The notes under the pieces: generated by a model
What the model saw: the letters and a program-made list of their open reading frames with translations, nothing else
Database searches by the model: none
Told to the model about the DNA's origin: nothing
Translations under genes and position numbers: made by a program
Assembly: GCA_040387495.1 (NCBI GenBank)
Contig: JAZKDQ010000006.1
Location: 1-49,390 of the forward strand
Origin: Pseudomonadota bacterium
GTDB taxonomy: Bacteria; Pseudomonadota; Alphaproteobacteria; Paracaedibacterales; CAIOTO01
Direction of reading: 5' to 3'
DNA length: 49,390 nucleotides
In this document: piece after piece, positions 28,347 to 37,600 of the stretch
Position numbering within the stretch: position 1 is the stretch's first letter
Layout: every line of letters begins with the position of its first letter

Positions 28347-30231
28347 TTATGCTGCTTTAGTTGTTGTCGTTGCAGCCTTAGTCGTCGTTGCTCCAGTCGA
28401 CGTTGTCCCAGCTGGCCTTGTAATGCCAACTTTATCTTCAACTGCAACCATGCGCTTATCTAAAGCAGTAACTTGAGTCGACAAACTATTCACTGTTGGC
28501 GCTGTTGAACTACCAAAGAACCCGCCGCCAGAATTACTAGCCATCATCGGATTCATTCCCATACCCATCGGTGAACCACCCATCATCGGATTCATTCCCA
28601 TACCCATCGGTGAACCACTCATCATCGGATTTATTCCCATACCCATTGGTGAACCACCCATCATCGGATTCATTCCCATACCCATCGGTGAACCGCCCAT
28701 CATTGGATTCATTCCCATACCAGGAGCCATGCCCATTGGGCGTCCCATAGCGGCACCTAACAAACCACCCATCATACCTGTACTACCACCCATCATTGGA
28801 TTCATTCCCATACCTATCGGTGAACCGCCCATCATTGGATTCATTCCCATACCCATTGGTGAACCACCCATCATTGGATTCATTCCCATACCCATTGGTC
28901 GTGGCATCATTGGATTCATTCCCATACCTGGAGCGCCCATCATTGGATTCATTCCCATACCTGGAGCCACGCCCACTGGACGTCCCATAGCAGCACCTAA
29001 CAAACCACCCATCATGCCTGGGCCACTTCCCATCANNNNNNNNNNNNNNNNNNNNNNNNNNNNNNNNNNNNNNNNNNNNNNNNNNNNNNNNNNNNNNNNN
29101 NNNNNNNNNNNNNNNNNNNNNNNNNNNNNNNNNNNTTGGGTTCATGCCCATACCAGGAGCACCCATACCCATCGGTGAACCGCCCATCATACCTGGGCCA
29201 CTTCCCATCATTGGGTTCATGCCCATACCAGGAGCACCCATACCCATCGGTGAACCGCCCATCATTGGATTCATACCCATTGGTCGTTGACCATAACCAG
29301 ATGGTTGCTGACCGTATGCACCGCCCATTGGTGAACCACCCATCATTGGACTCATACCCATTGGTCGCTGACCATAACCAGATGGTTGTTGACCGTATGC
29401 ACCGCCCATTGGTGAACCACCCATCATTGGATTCATACCCATTGGTCGCTGACCATAACCTGAGGGTTGCTGACTGTATCCACCTTGCTGACCCATAAAC
29501 CCTTTAGAAGGGTTATTCTGCTGGCCATTGCTATTATAACCATTTTGGTTGTTACCATTCTGGTTATTATTCTGATTGTTGCTGTTTTGATTGTTACCGT
29601 TCTGGTTGTTATTCTGATTGTTGCTGTTTTGATTGTTACCGTTATTATTATTGTTCATAGACGAAATATTTTGACTATTTATGCCTTTTCCGGGATTCTC
29701 AGCAACTCCTACAGAATATCCAGTTGCAGCATTTGAATCCATCAATTGCTTCTTTAATAGGATAATTTCTTGTCTTTCCATTTCATTCTCGGCTTTTAAA
29801 GAACGAATCACTGCCGCTGTATCTACTACAGGGACAGTAGAAGTTGGCGCTGCTGGAGCATAACTACCAGGGACAGCAACCGCAGCCGCTACTGGTGTTG
29901 CAACTGCCGGAGCAGGTAGCGTTGACGCTGCAGCTACAACGGTTGTTGCAGCTGTTGTGCTTACAGGCACAGGAACTGTGGTTGGTAATGGAGCTGATAC
30001 TGCGGCAGGTAAGGAAATTGGCAGAGACGTGGGCAAAGATGTTGGCAGCGACATAGGCAATGAACCTGGCAAAGAAGGCAAAGAAAGAAAATTCGATGCG
30101 GCTGGAGCAGCAGCGGGAATCGCACTTGGAGTTGCTGTTGGTGTTGCAGTTGGAGTCGCTGCACAAACAGCAGTTATACTAATTGCACTTATCGCGATAA
30201 TACGATTTAGTGAAAGTGAAAATTTTTTCAT
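28347..30231 (-). CDS. Exported low-complexity Gly/Met/Asn/Gln-rich protein (one gene spanning the N gap)
   Basis: Signal peptide at 30231 and the same repeat vocabulary on both sides of the gap. Removing the 100 Ns gives a continuous 594-aa frame. Confidence 0.8.
28542..29645 (-). repeat. Nested coding repeats: 39-bp (MGMNPMMGGSPMG), 81-bp (YGQQPSGYGQRPMGMxPMMGGSPMGGA), 42-bp (NGNNQNSNNQNNNQ)
   Basis: Directly visible tandem units. Confidence 0.9.
29036..29135. other. Scaffold gap (100 N)
   Basis: Run of Ns. Confidence 1.
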
Positions 30232-30285
30232 AAAATTACCTATATCAAGATTTTTTGTCCCTTAATACAGTTTTATAATATGGAA

Positions 30286-30301
30286 GTTAATATTTCGTTA
30301 A
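30286..30301. promoter_or_regulatory. CtrA-type box
   Basis: Minus strand TTAA-cgaaata-TTAAC, about 55 nt upstream of ATG 30231. Confidence 0.6.
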
Positions 30302-30313
30302 AAAGTAATAAGT

Positions 30314-31126
30314 TTAATTTTCGTCAATCTTTTCAGAAATAATTTCTTGCTTTAATGCGCCAATTGCTTTTGCTGGATTTAGCCCCTTTGGGCAAGTCTT
30401 GGTACAATTCATGATTGTATGACAACGATAAAGTTTAAAGGAATCATCAATATCATTTAAACGGTCCTTTTTTGCATTATCCCTACTATCCGCAACGAAG
30501 CGATAACTTTGTAATAACGTAGCAGGCCCCAAGTATTGATCTTGATTCCACCAATAACTAGGACAACTCGTAGAACAGCTAAAACACATAATGCATTCCC
30601 ACAAACCATCAAGCTTTGCCCGTTCTTGAGGGGTTTGAAGACGTTCCCGAACCTCTCCATCACGCATGGATGGTGCCTGAGTAGATTGCATCCATGGTTT
30701 AATGCTTGTGTATTGCTTATAAGCCTGCGTTAAGTCAGCCACTAAATCTTTCACAACAGGCATATGTGGTAAAGGGTTAATATTAATTGTGCCCTTCATG
30801 TCATCAATCGGTTTTGTACACGCTAACGTATTTGTGCCATCAATGTTCATCGCACAACTGCCACAAATCCCTTCACGACATGACCTGCGAAAAGCTAAAC
30901 GTGTATCACAAGTATTTTTTATATATAACAATGCATCAAGCACCATAGGGCCGCATTTATGTGTATCAATGGTAAATGTATCGTATCGAGGGTTTGCATC
31001 TGAATCGGGGTCGTAACGGTAAATTTGAAATGTACGCGTTGTTCCACCTGTTTCTGTTTCATCTATTGATGAGTAATTCATCCCCTCTTTAACTACAGAA
31101 TTCTTGGGTAATTGAATGTGTACCAT
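30314..31126 (-). CDS. sdhB: Succinate dehydrogenase iron-sulfur subunit
   Basis: [47 protein letters not shown]. Confidence 0.98.
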   Translation of the reverse strand: MVHIQLPKNSVVKEGMNYSSIDETETGGTTRTFQIYRYDPDSDANPRYDTFTIDTHKCGPMVLDALLYIKNTCDTRLAFRRSCREGICGSCAMNIDGTNTLACTKPIDDMKGTININPLPHMPVVKDLVADLTQAYKQYTSIKPWMQSTQAPSMRDGEVRERLQTPQERAKLDGLWECIMCFSCSTSCPSYWWNQDQYLGPATLLQSYRFVADSRDNAKKDRLNDIDDSFKLYRCHTIMNCTKTCPKGLNPAKAIGALKQEIISEKIDEN

Positions 31127-31252
31127 ACACGTTTTTCCTTCGACTCATAAGCATACTCATTTAAATGTCACTATCAGCGAACAAAGCATGTTATTTGTTT
31201 ATTAGCAATACGCTTTTATTATAAATATAATTTTAGATAAAATGGAAACAAA

Positions 31253-31930
31253 ATGATTCAAGGCATCCTACTCCGCAGATACAAACGCTTTTTAGCTGAT
31301 GTTAAACTCGCATCTGGTGAAATTGTCGTGGCCTATTGCTGCAATACGGGCAAATTACTTGGTGTACCTGAGAATGCAACCATCATGCTAACTGATCATG
31401 GTCTAGATACTAAACGCAAACTTCGCTACACATGGGAATGGTTTAAAGACGGTGAAACATGGGTTGGTATTAATACACATGAAGCAAACAAGATCACACA
31501 TGAATTGCTCATTAATAAACAAATTCCAGGCTTAGAGGACTACCCAAGCATTAGGAGAGAAGTCAAATATGGCACAAATTCGCGTGTTGATTTCTTATTG
31601 GAAAATGAAGATCAACGTTTATATCTTGAAGTAAAAAGCATCCATATGAAACGCAATGGTCATGCTCAATTCCCAGACTGTCCCACAGAACGTGGCGCAA
31701 AACATATGTTAGAACTTACCAATATTATTGACAGCACGACAAAAGCTGCTGTGCTATATCTTGTACAACGTGACGATTGCCACACCTTTTCACTGGCAGC
31801 TGATATAGATCCTATCTATGCAAAAGCGGCTGGAATGGCACACAAATGCGGAGTCGGTATTTATGCCGCAGGGCTTAGAATGTGTTTAGAAAAAGGGAAT
31901 CACTTTAGCCATATGTTAAAAATTAATTAA
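31253..31930 (+). CDS. sfsA: DNA/RNA nuclease SfsA
   Basis: RYKRFLADV, NTG, REVKYG, SRVDFLL, EVKS, FPD..TERG.KH. Confidence 0.95.
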   Translation: MIQGILLRRYKRFLADVKLASGEIVVAYCCNTGKLLGVPENATIMLTDHGLDTKRKLRYTWEWFKDGETWVGINTHEANKITHELLINKQIPGLEDYPSIRREVKYGTNSRVDFLLENEDQRLYLEVKSIHMKRNGHAQFPDCPTERGAKHMLELTNIIDSTTKAAVLYLVQRDDCHTFSLAADIDPIYAKAAGMAHKCGVGIYAAGLRMCLEKGNHFSHMLKIN

Positions 31931-31943
31931 CATTCATCCCAAT

Positions 31944-31973
31944 AAAAAACCCCTGCATAATGCAGGGGTTTTT
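31944..31973. terminator. Bidirectional rho-independent terminator (sfsA/tuf)
   Basis: aaaaaacccctgca-taa-tgcaggggttttt. Confidence 0.9.
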
Positions 31974-31986
31974 AGAGTCAATAATT

Positions 31987-32015
31987 GATCCTCAAATCAA
32001 GTCCAAGGATGACAA
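31987..32015. repeat. Half copy of an RPE-like palindromic element
   Basis: gatcctcaaatcaagtccaaggatgacaa closely matches the arms of the element at 33599..33721. Confidence 0.6.
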
Positions 32016-32025
32016 TTTTAGACTA

Positions 32026-33216
32026 TTATTTCAAAATCTTCGCAACAACACCCGCACCAACGGTACGACCACCTTCACGAATCGCAAAACGAAGTCCTTC
32101 ATCCATTGCGATCGGAGCGATTAAGTTAACAACAACGCTTACGTTATCGCCAGGCATAACCATCTCAACGCCTTCTTTCAAATCTACAGTACCCGTAACG
32201 TCTGTCGTACGGAAGTAGAATTGTGGACGATAGTTTGTGAAAAATGGTGTATGACGACCACCTTCTTCTTTTGTCAAAATATATGCTTCAGCTTCAAAAC
32301 TTGTGTGTGGTTTAATTGAACCAGGAGCAGCCAATACTTGACCACGTTCAACATCTTCACGTTTTGTACCACGAAGCAATGCACCAATGTTATCACCCGC
32401 TTGACCTTGATCAAGAAGCTTACGGAACATTTCAACACCCGTTACAATTGTCTTTGTCGTATCACGAATACCAACGATTTCAGCTTCGTTACCAACGTTA
32501 ATGATACCACGTTCAACACGACCTGTTACAACGGTACCACGACCTGAAATCGAGAACACGTCTTCGATTGGCATCAAAAATGGCTTATCAATAACACGTT
32601 CTGGTTGTGGAATATACTCATCAACAGCTGCCATCAATTTCAAAATTGCATCACGACCTTTAGCTGGATCGCGGTCTTCCAATGCACAGAGTGCTGAACC
32701 ACGAATCACAGGGATATCATCGCCTGGGAAGCCATAAGATGAAAGAAGTTCACGGATTTCCATCTCAACCAATTCAGCCAACTCTTCGTCGTCAACTTGG
32801 TCAATTTTATTCATAAATACAACAAGTGCAGGAACACCAACCTGACGTGCAAGCAAGATGTGCTCACGTGTCTGAGGCATTGGGCCGTCAGCAGCTGACA
32901 CAACCAAAATAGCTCCATCCATCTGTGCAGCACCTGTAATCATGTTCTTTACATAGTCAGCGTGTCCTGGACAGTCAACGTGTGCATAGTGACGATTCAC
33001 TGTTTCATATTCAACGTGTGCTGTGGAAATCGTGATTCCACGTGCTTTTTCTTCTGGTGCTTTATCGATTTGATCGTAAGCCATAAATTTAGCGCCGCCG
33101 GATTCAGCGAGAATCTTTGTAATTGCAGCAGTCAGTGATGTTTTACCATGGTCAACGTGGCCAATGGTTCCAATATTGCAGTGCGGCTTATTCCGCTCAA
33201 ATTTTGCTTTTGTCAT
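32026..33216 (-). CDS. tuf: Elongation factor Tu
   Basis: [25 protein letters not shown]. True start is MTKAKFER at 33216. Confidence 0.99.
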   Translation of the reverse strand: MTKAKFERNKPHCNIGTIGHVDHGKTSLTAAITKILAESGGAKFMAYDQIDKAPEEKARGITISTAHVEYETVNRHYAHVDCPGHADYVKNMITGAAQMDGAILVVSAADGPMPQTREHILLARQVGVPALVVFMNKIDQVDDEELAELVEMEIRELLSSYGFPGDDIPVIRGSALCALEDRDPAKGRDAILKLMAAVDEYIPQPERVIDKPFLMPIEDVFSISGRGTVVTGRVERGIINVGNEAEIVGIRDTTKTIVTGVEMFRKLLDQGQAGDNIGALLRGTKREDVERGQVLAAPGSIKPHTSFEAEAYILTKEEGGRHTPFFTNYRPQFYFRTTDVTGTVDLKEGVEMVMPGDNVSVVVNLIAPIAMDEGLRFAIREGGRTVGAGVVAKILK

Positions 33217-33267
33217 TGTGTATTTTCCTGTATCTATTAAAACCCGTTTAGTAGGTTGACCCGCGTT

Positions 33268-33341
33268 TGGAGCGGGTGATGGGAATCGAACCCACATGGC
33301 CAGCTTGGAAGGCTGGAGCTTTACCACTAAGCTACACCCGC
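33268..33341 (-). tRNA. tRNA-Gly (TCC)
   Basis: Cloverleaf with TCC anticodon and CCA end. Confidence 0.97.
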
Positions 33342-33348
33342 ATAAATA

Positions 33349-33434
33349 TGGTGGAGAGAGTAGGGTTCGAACCTACGTAGACATACGTCGACAGATTTAC
33401 AGTCTGTTGCCTTTAACCACTCGGCCATCTCTCC
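33349..33434 (-). tRNA. tRNA-Tyr (GTA)
   Basis: Cloverleaf with long variable arm, GTA anticodon and CCA end. Confidence 0.97.
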
Positions 33435-33474
33435 GATTACCCATTCCATGTGTATGGAAGAGGTGACATGTTCA

Positions 33475-33504
33475 CTTATAAGAGTTTTTCGTGCTTTTTG
33501 TCAA
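33475..33504 (-). promoter_or_regulatory. Sigma70 promoter of tRNA-Tyr/tRNA-Gly/tuf
   Basis: TTGACA-18 nt-TATAAG on the minus strand. Confidence 0.55.
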
Positions 33505-33598
33505 GATTTTTTAATTTATTTTTCCATATTCTTTTATGTTGAATCAGGGTATTTTGAAAGATAGAAATTAATATGTCACCTTTCGTTTTCATTTTTTC

Positions 33599-33721
33599 TT
33601 GTCATTCTTGGACTTGATCCGAAAATCTCTAAAAGTCAAAAGGCAACTATTAGGCATCTTGTATACTAACTATATACACCTTCAATAGCAGAGATCCTCG
33701 TGTCAAGCACGAGGATGACAA
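33599..33721. repeat. RPE-like palindromic element
   Basis: Arms ttgtcattcttggacttgatccgaaaatctct and agagatcctcgtgtcaagcacgaggatgacaa, each self-complementary and mutually inverted. Confidence 0.7.
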
Positions 33722-33772
33722 TTTTAAGGATGTGACAATAATAACGATCCACAACGTAGAAAAGAAAAATAT

Positions 33773-34369
33773 ATGATCGCAAAATTAACAGGCGTTATTG
33801 ATTCCATCGAAAATGATGGTGTCGTCATTGATGTCAATGGTGTTGGCTATTGGGTCATCGTATCTCATAAATCATTGATGCAGCTGGCTGATGTTGGGCA
33901 AAAAGCAACGCTTTGGATTGAGCAAGTCACACGTCAAGAGATCACGCAACTGTGTGGTTTTTTAGAAAAAACAGATAGGCTTTGCTTTCGGCAATTACTG
34001 AATGTGCAAGGCGTGGGTGTACGCGTAGCGTTGTCGATTTTATCCGTACTGTCGCCCGACGAGTTAATGCTAGCGATATCTGCGCAAGATAAAACGATGC
34101 TGACACGCGCAGATGGCGTAGGCCCTAAACTGGCAGGACGTATTGTTTTAGAACTAAAAGATCGCCTATCAGCACCAAACCTTAGCATTGAAACAACAAG
34201 TTCCACAAAAGCTGTGCCATCGCATGATGCACTGCTTGGGTTGGTTAATTTAGGTTATGGACGGTCAGAGGCACACAATGCGCTACAACTCGCATTAAAA
34301 GAAGCACCGACTACGGCAACATCATCAGATCTTTTGAGATTATCGTTACAGAAATTGGCGAAGTTTTAA
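33773..34369 (+). CDS. ruvA: Holliday junction branch migration protein RuvA
   Basis: MIAKLTG, DVNGVGY, V.GVG...AL, GVGPKLA.RIVLELK, L.NLGY. Confidence 0.96.
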   Translation: MIAKLTGVIDSIENDGVVIDVNGVGYWVIVSHKSLMQLADVGQKATLWIEQVTRQEITQLCGFLEKTDRLCFRQLLNVQGVGVRVALSILSVLSPDELMLAISAQDKTMLTRADGVGPKLAGRIVLELKDRLSAPNLSIETTSSTKAVPSHDALLGLVNLGYGRSEAHNALQLALKEAPTTATSSDLLRLSLQKLAKF

Positions 34370-34386
34370 AGAAAGCGTAAAAAAAC

Positions 34387-34427
34387 AGATAAATCATCCC
34401 ACGGTTTAATCATGGGATGATTTATCT
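34387..34427. terminator. Hairpin between convergent genes
   Basis: agataaatcatccca ... tgggatgatttatct. Confidence 0.75.
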
Positions 34428-34449
34428 CAATATCACTTAAGCATATAGC

Positions 34450-34671
34450 CTATTGTGATGATGAAGAAGAGGATTCACTTGAGCTTGAGCTTGAGCTTGA
34501 GCTTGAGCTTGGAATTGAGCTTGAGCTTTGGCTTGAGTCAAGCTTTTGTAATGGCTCACTAGAAGAAGATGATGAAGATGATGGCAGAGGGCTTTCACTG
34601 TCAGCAAAACCAATAGAAGCAGTGGAAGCGAATACGAAACAAGCAACTGTAGATAAAAGTAATTTAGTCAT
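34450..34671 (-). CDS. Small exported Ser-rich protein
   Basis: AAGGAG RBS, signal peptide ending GFA, poly-Ser mature part. Starts 17 nt after the gdh stop. Confidence 0.75.
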   Translation of the reverse strand: MTKLLLSTVACFVFASTASIGFADSESPLPSSSSSSSSEPLQKLDSSQSSSSIPSSSSSSSSSSSESSSSSSQ

Positions 34672-34688
34672 TTTAAACTCCTTAAGTT

Positions 34689-37600
34689 TTAATTTATATT
34701 AATATTAATAATGTGCTCAAAATAACGAATGAAATATGCCATAAACCCTAAATCATTCTTGACTGTGCCATTTTGAACGCGAGATAACACTTGGACTGGC
34801 TCAAGATTTTCATGTCTTAGAGCATATCCAGGGTTTATTGCTATCTCATTTATCCACGCACGACCTTTTTCAGTGTCATGCGCAAATTTCACAAGCTTCA
34901 CTTGAAGACGAACCCAATCATCGAGCAAATACGTCTTTGCTTGACGTTGCCATGGGGCATTCAAATGAAGTGTTTTTGATAATTCAGAAAAATCGCTAAA
35001 TCCTAAACGTGCTACTAATAAGCAATATGTTTTGGATAGTGCCTTCACACTTTGAGTCGATTGATCGAGAGTTGTTCTGCAAAATAATTCAAACAGTTCT
35101 GCTAAAGCTCCATCTGGCATACATACAAACCACGGACGAAGGTGGCTTGCAAAATCAAACTGTTCTTGTTTTAGACGTTCACACAAAACACGATTACGTG
35201 TATACACCATCATGAGCTGCCTCGTCGTAAGCACAGTATTGTATTCAGGATTTTGAGCACACAAAGCCCTCAGACAATCACCGAACAACCCCATAACAAA
35301 GAAATATGCATTAATTGTTTCCCACAAATTATTATCATACATCGCAATGATCTCAAATGCATCTACTGGCCCCAAGTGATTAAGCAATTGGTTTGAAAGT
35401 ATGGTTGCAATGATTTCACGTGATAATTGATGTTGTTGAATTTCTTGACTGAATCGCTTTTGCAAAACGCTTGGAAAATAATTCATCAAAACAGGCGTAT
35501 ATTCCATTGAAATTTCATCAGACTCATTCAAAAGTCGTTGAAAAAGAATGATCTTGCTATAAGCCAATATTACGGCAAGCTCTGGGCGCGTTAGACCACG
35601 CTGATCGTGCGCACGTTGATCAATTTCTTGATCGCTTGGCAACGATTCAAGCTTTCTATTTAAAGGCAATGTTTGATTTCTCTCTAAAACATTTACCAAT
35701 TGCTTGTATGCATCCATATCATTTTGTGAATGAATTTGCAGCCATGTCAACACGCGATTTTGCTCATTGTTGTCATTAAGCACATGCGCTGCCACATCCT
35801 CAGTCATTTCAGGCAGTAGTTGGTCACGCTCTGCACGCGTAATACGTTGCGTTTGCATCAGATTACTTAAAAGGATCTTAATGTTAACCTCATGGTCAGA
35901 ACAACTCACACCCCCGGAATTATCAATAGCATCTGTATTCAACCGGCCACCAAGTAATGCGTATTCAATACGTGCTTTCTGTGTCATGGCAAGATTTGCA
36001 CCCTCGCCAATAACACGGCATCTCAGTTGATTCGCCTCGATTCGAAGCAAATCATTATTTGAATCACGCACATCAAAATCTGTTTCAATACGAGAGCGTA
36101 CATAGGTACCAATGCCACCGAACCACAGCAGATCAACTTTTGCTTGCAAGACATATTGTATCAATAGCTCTGGTGCCATCTCTACCACATCATCAGGCAA
36201 ATCAAGCGCTATGCAAATTTCTTTTGATACAGGGATACTTTTCACATCACGTCTAAAAATACCGCCGCCCTTCGATATAATACGTGCATCATAATCAGTC
36301 CACGTGGAACTCGGTAAATCAAACATACGTTGGCGTTCTTTAAAAGAAGTCTTCGCATCAGGATTTGGGTCAAGAAAAATATGCTGATGATTAAATGCTG
36401 CAATTAAACACGTTTTATCCGATCGCAACATGCCATTACCAAAAATATCCCCTGCCATGTCACCCACACCAACAACTGTAAATGGTGTTTTCTGGCAATC
36501 AATTCCAAGTTCGGCAAAATGTTTTTGAACTGAAATCCAAGCTCCACGGGATGTAATTGCCATTTTTTTATGATCGTACCCAACGGATCCACCCGATGCA
36601 AATGCATCATCCAGCCAAAAACCATATTCTTGGCTTAAGGCATTCGCATAGTCAGAAAAACTTGCCGTGCCTTTATCAGCAGCAACAACTAAATATGGAT
36701 CATCTTCATCATGACGAACAACATTATGCGGAGGAATGCAAACATCACCTTTTTGATTATCGGTAAGATCTAAAAGTCCACGTATAAACGTTTGATAACA
36801 CATCACAATTTCTTGCTTAAGTATTGCTGGACTCATACCTTGCGCCAACATCTCTTCATACCTGCGTGATACAAATCCACCTTTTGCACCAAGTGGAACA
36901 ATGATCGAATTCTTGATCATTTGAGTTTTAGCTAACACTAAAATTTCTTGCCGGAAATCCTCTAAACGATCAGACCAACGAATGCCGCCACGTGCTACTT
37001 TGCCGGTACGTAGATGCACACCTTCCATAAAAGAGGCATACACAAAAATTTCAAACAATGGCACTGGTTTTGGCAAATTTGGTATGTTTTCAGATTTAAA
37101 TTTAAATGATAAATATGTTTTTTCTTGATACACATTTGTACGCACGCATGCCTTAATAACCGCAAACAAATGACGCATAACACGATCATGATCAATTCGT
37201 GTTATTGTTTGAAGTGCATCGTTCAAGGCCGCGTCACAACTTGCCATGCGACAAAAACGATCTTCACCTACCTCAGGATCGAAACGCACTTTAAAATAAT
37301 CCATTAAATGCTGCACAATCAACGGATACATCAACAAAATTGTTGACACATAATCAATGGATGCAGAAAATTGCATTTGGCGCATTGCACGTACAATCGC
37401 TCGCATAATAGTTACATCACGTGTTGTTAATGTTGACGTAAAAATAAGTGCATTTAATCGATCATTCTCGCACTCTGCGTTCCATATCGCTAAAAATCCT
37501 TCAACCAACCGATCAGCTGCATATGTATCAAACTCATTCGACATCGTACATTCAAAGTTATGTAAATAAACCAATCCATGTGTAAGTGATAACGTAAAAC

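Noticed and set aside
28783..29135. Apparent frameshift or pseudogene in the Gly/Met-rich gene
   Set aside because: Caused by the arbitrary 100-N gap. The flanks join in frame.
28542..29460. Regular DNA repeats resembling a CRISPR array
   Set aside because: Units are codon multiples (39 and 81 bp) inside an ORF, with no unique spacers and no cas genes.
30314..31126. sdhB separated from sdhCDA as a novelty in itself
   Set aside because: Also known in Rickettsia. Kept only as support for operon break-up.
31916..31931. TTAA-N7-TTAAC at the sfsA stop
   Set aside because: Between convergent genes with nothing to promote. Treated as a chance hit showing the background rate.
33217..33327. 37-aa N-terminal extension of EF-Tu in the ORF track
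   Set aside because: Runs through tRNA-Gly. The real start is 33216. The pgpA extension from 22791 likewise overlaps tRNA-fMet.
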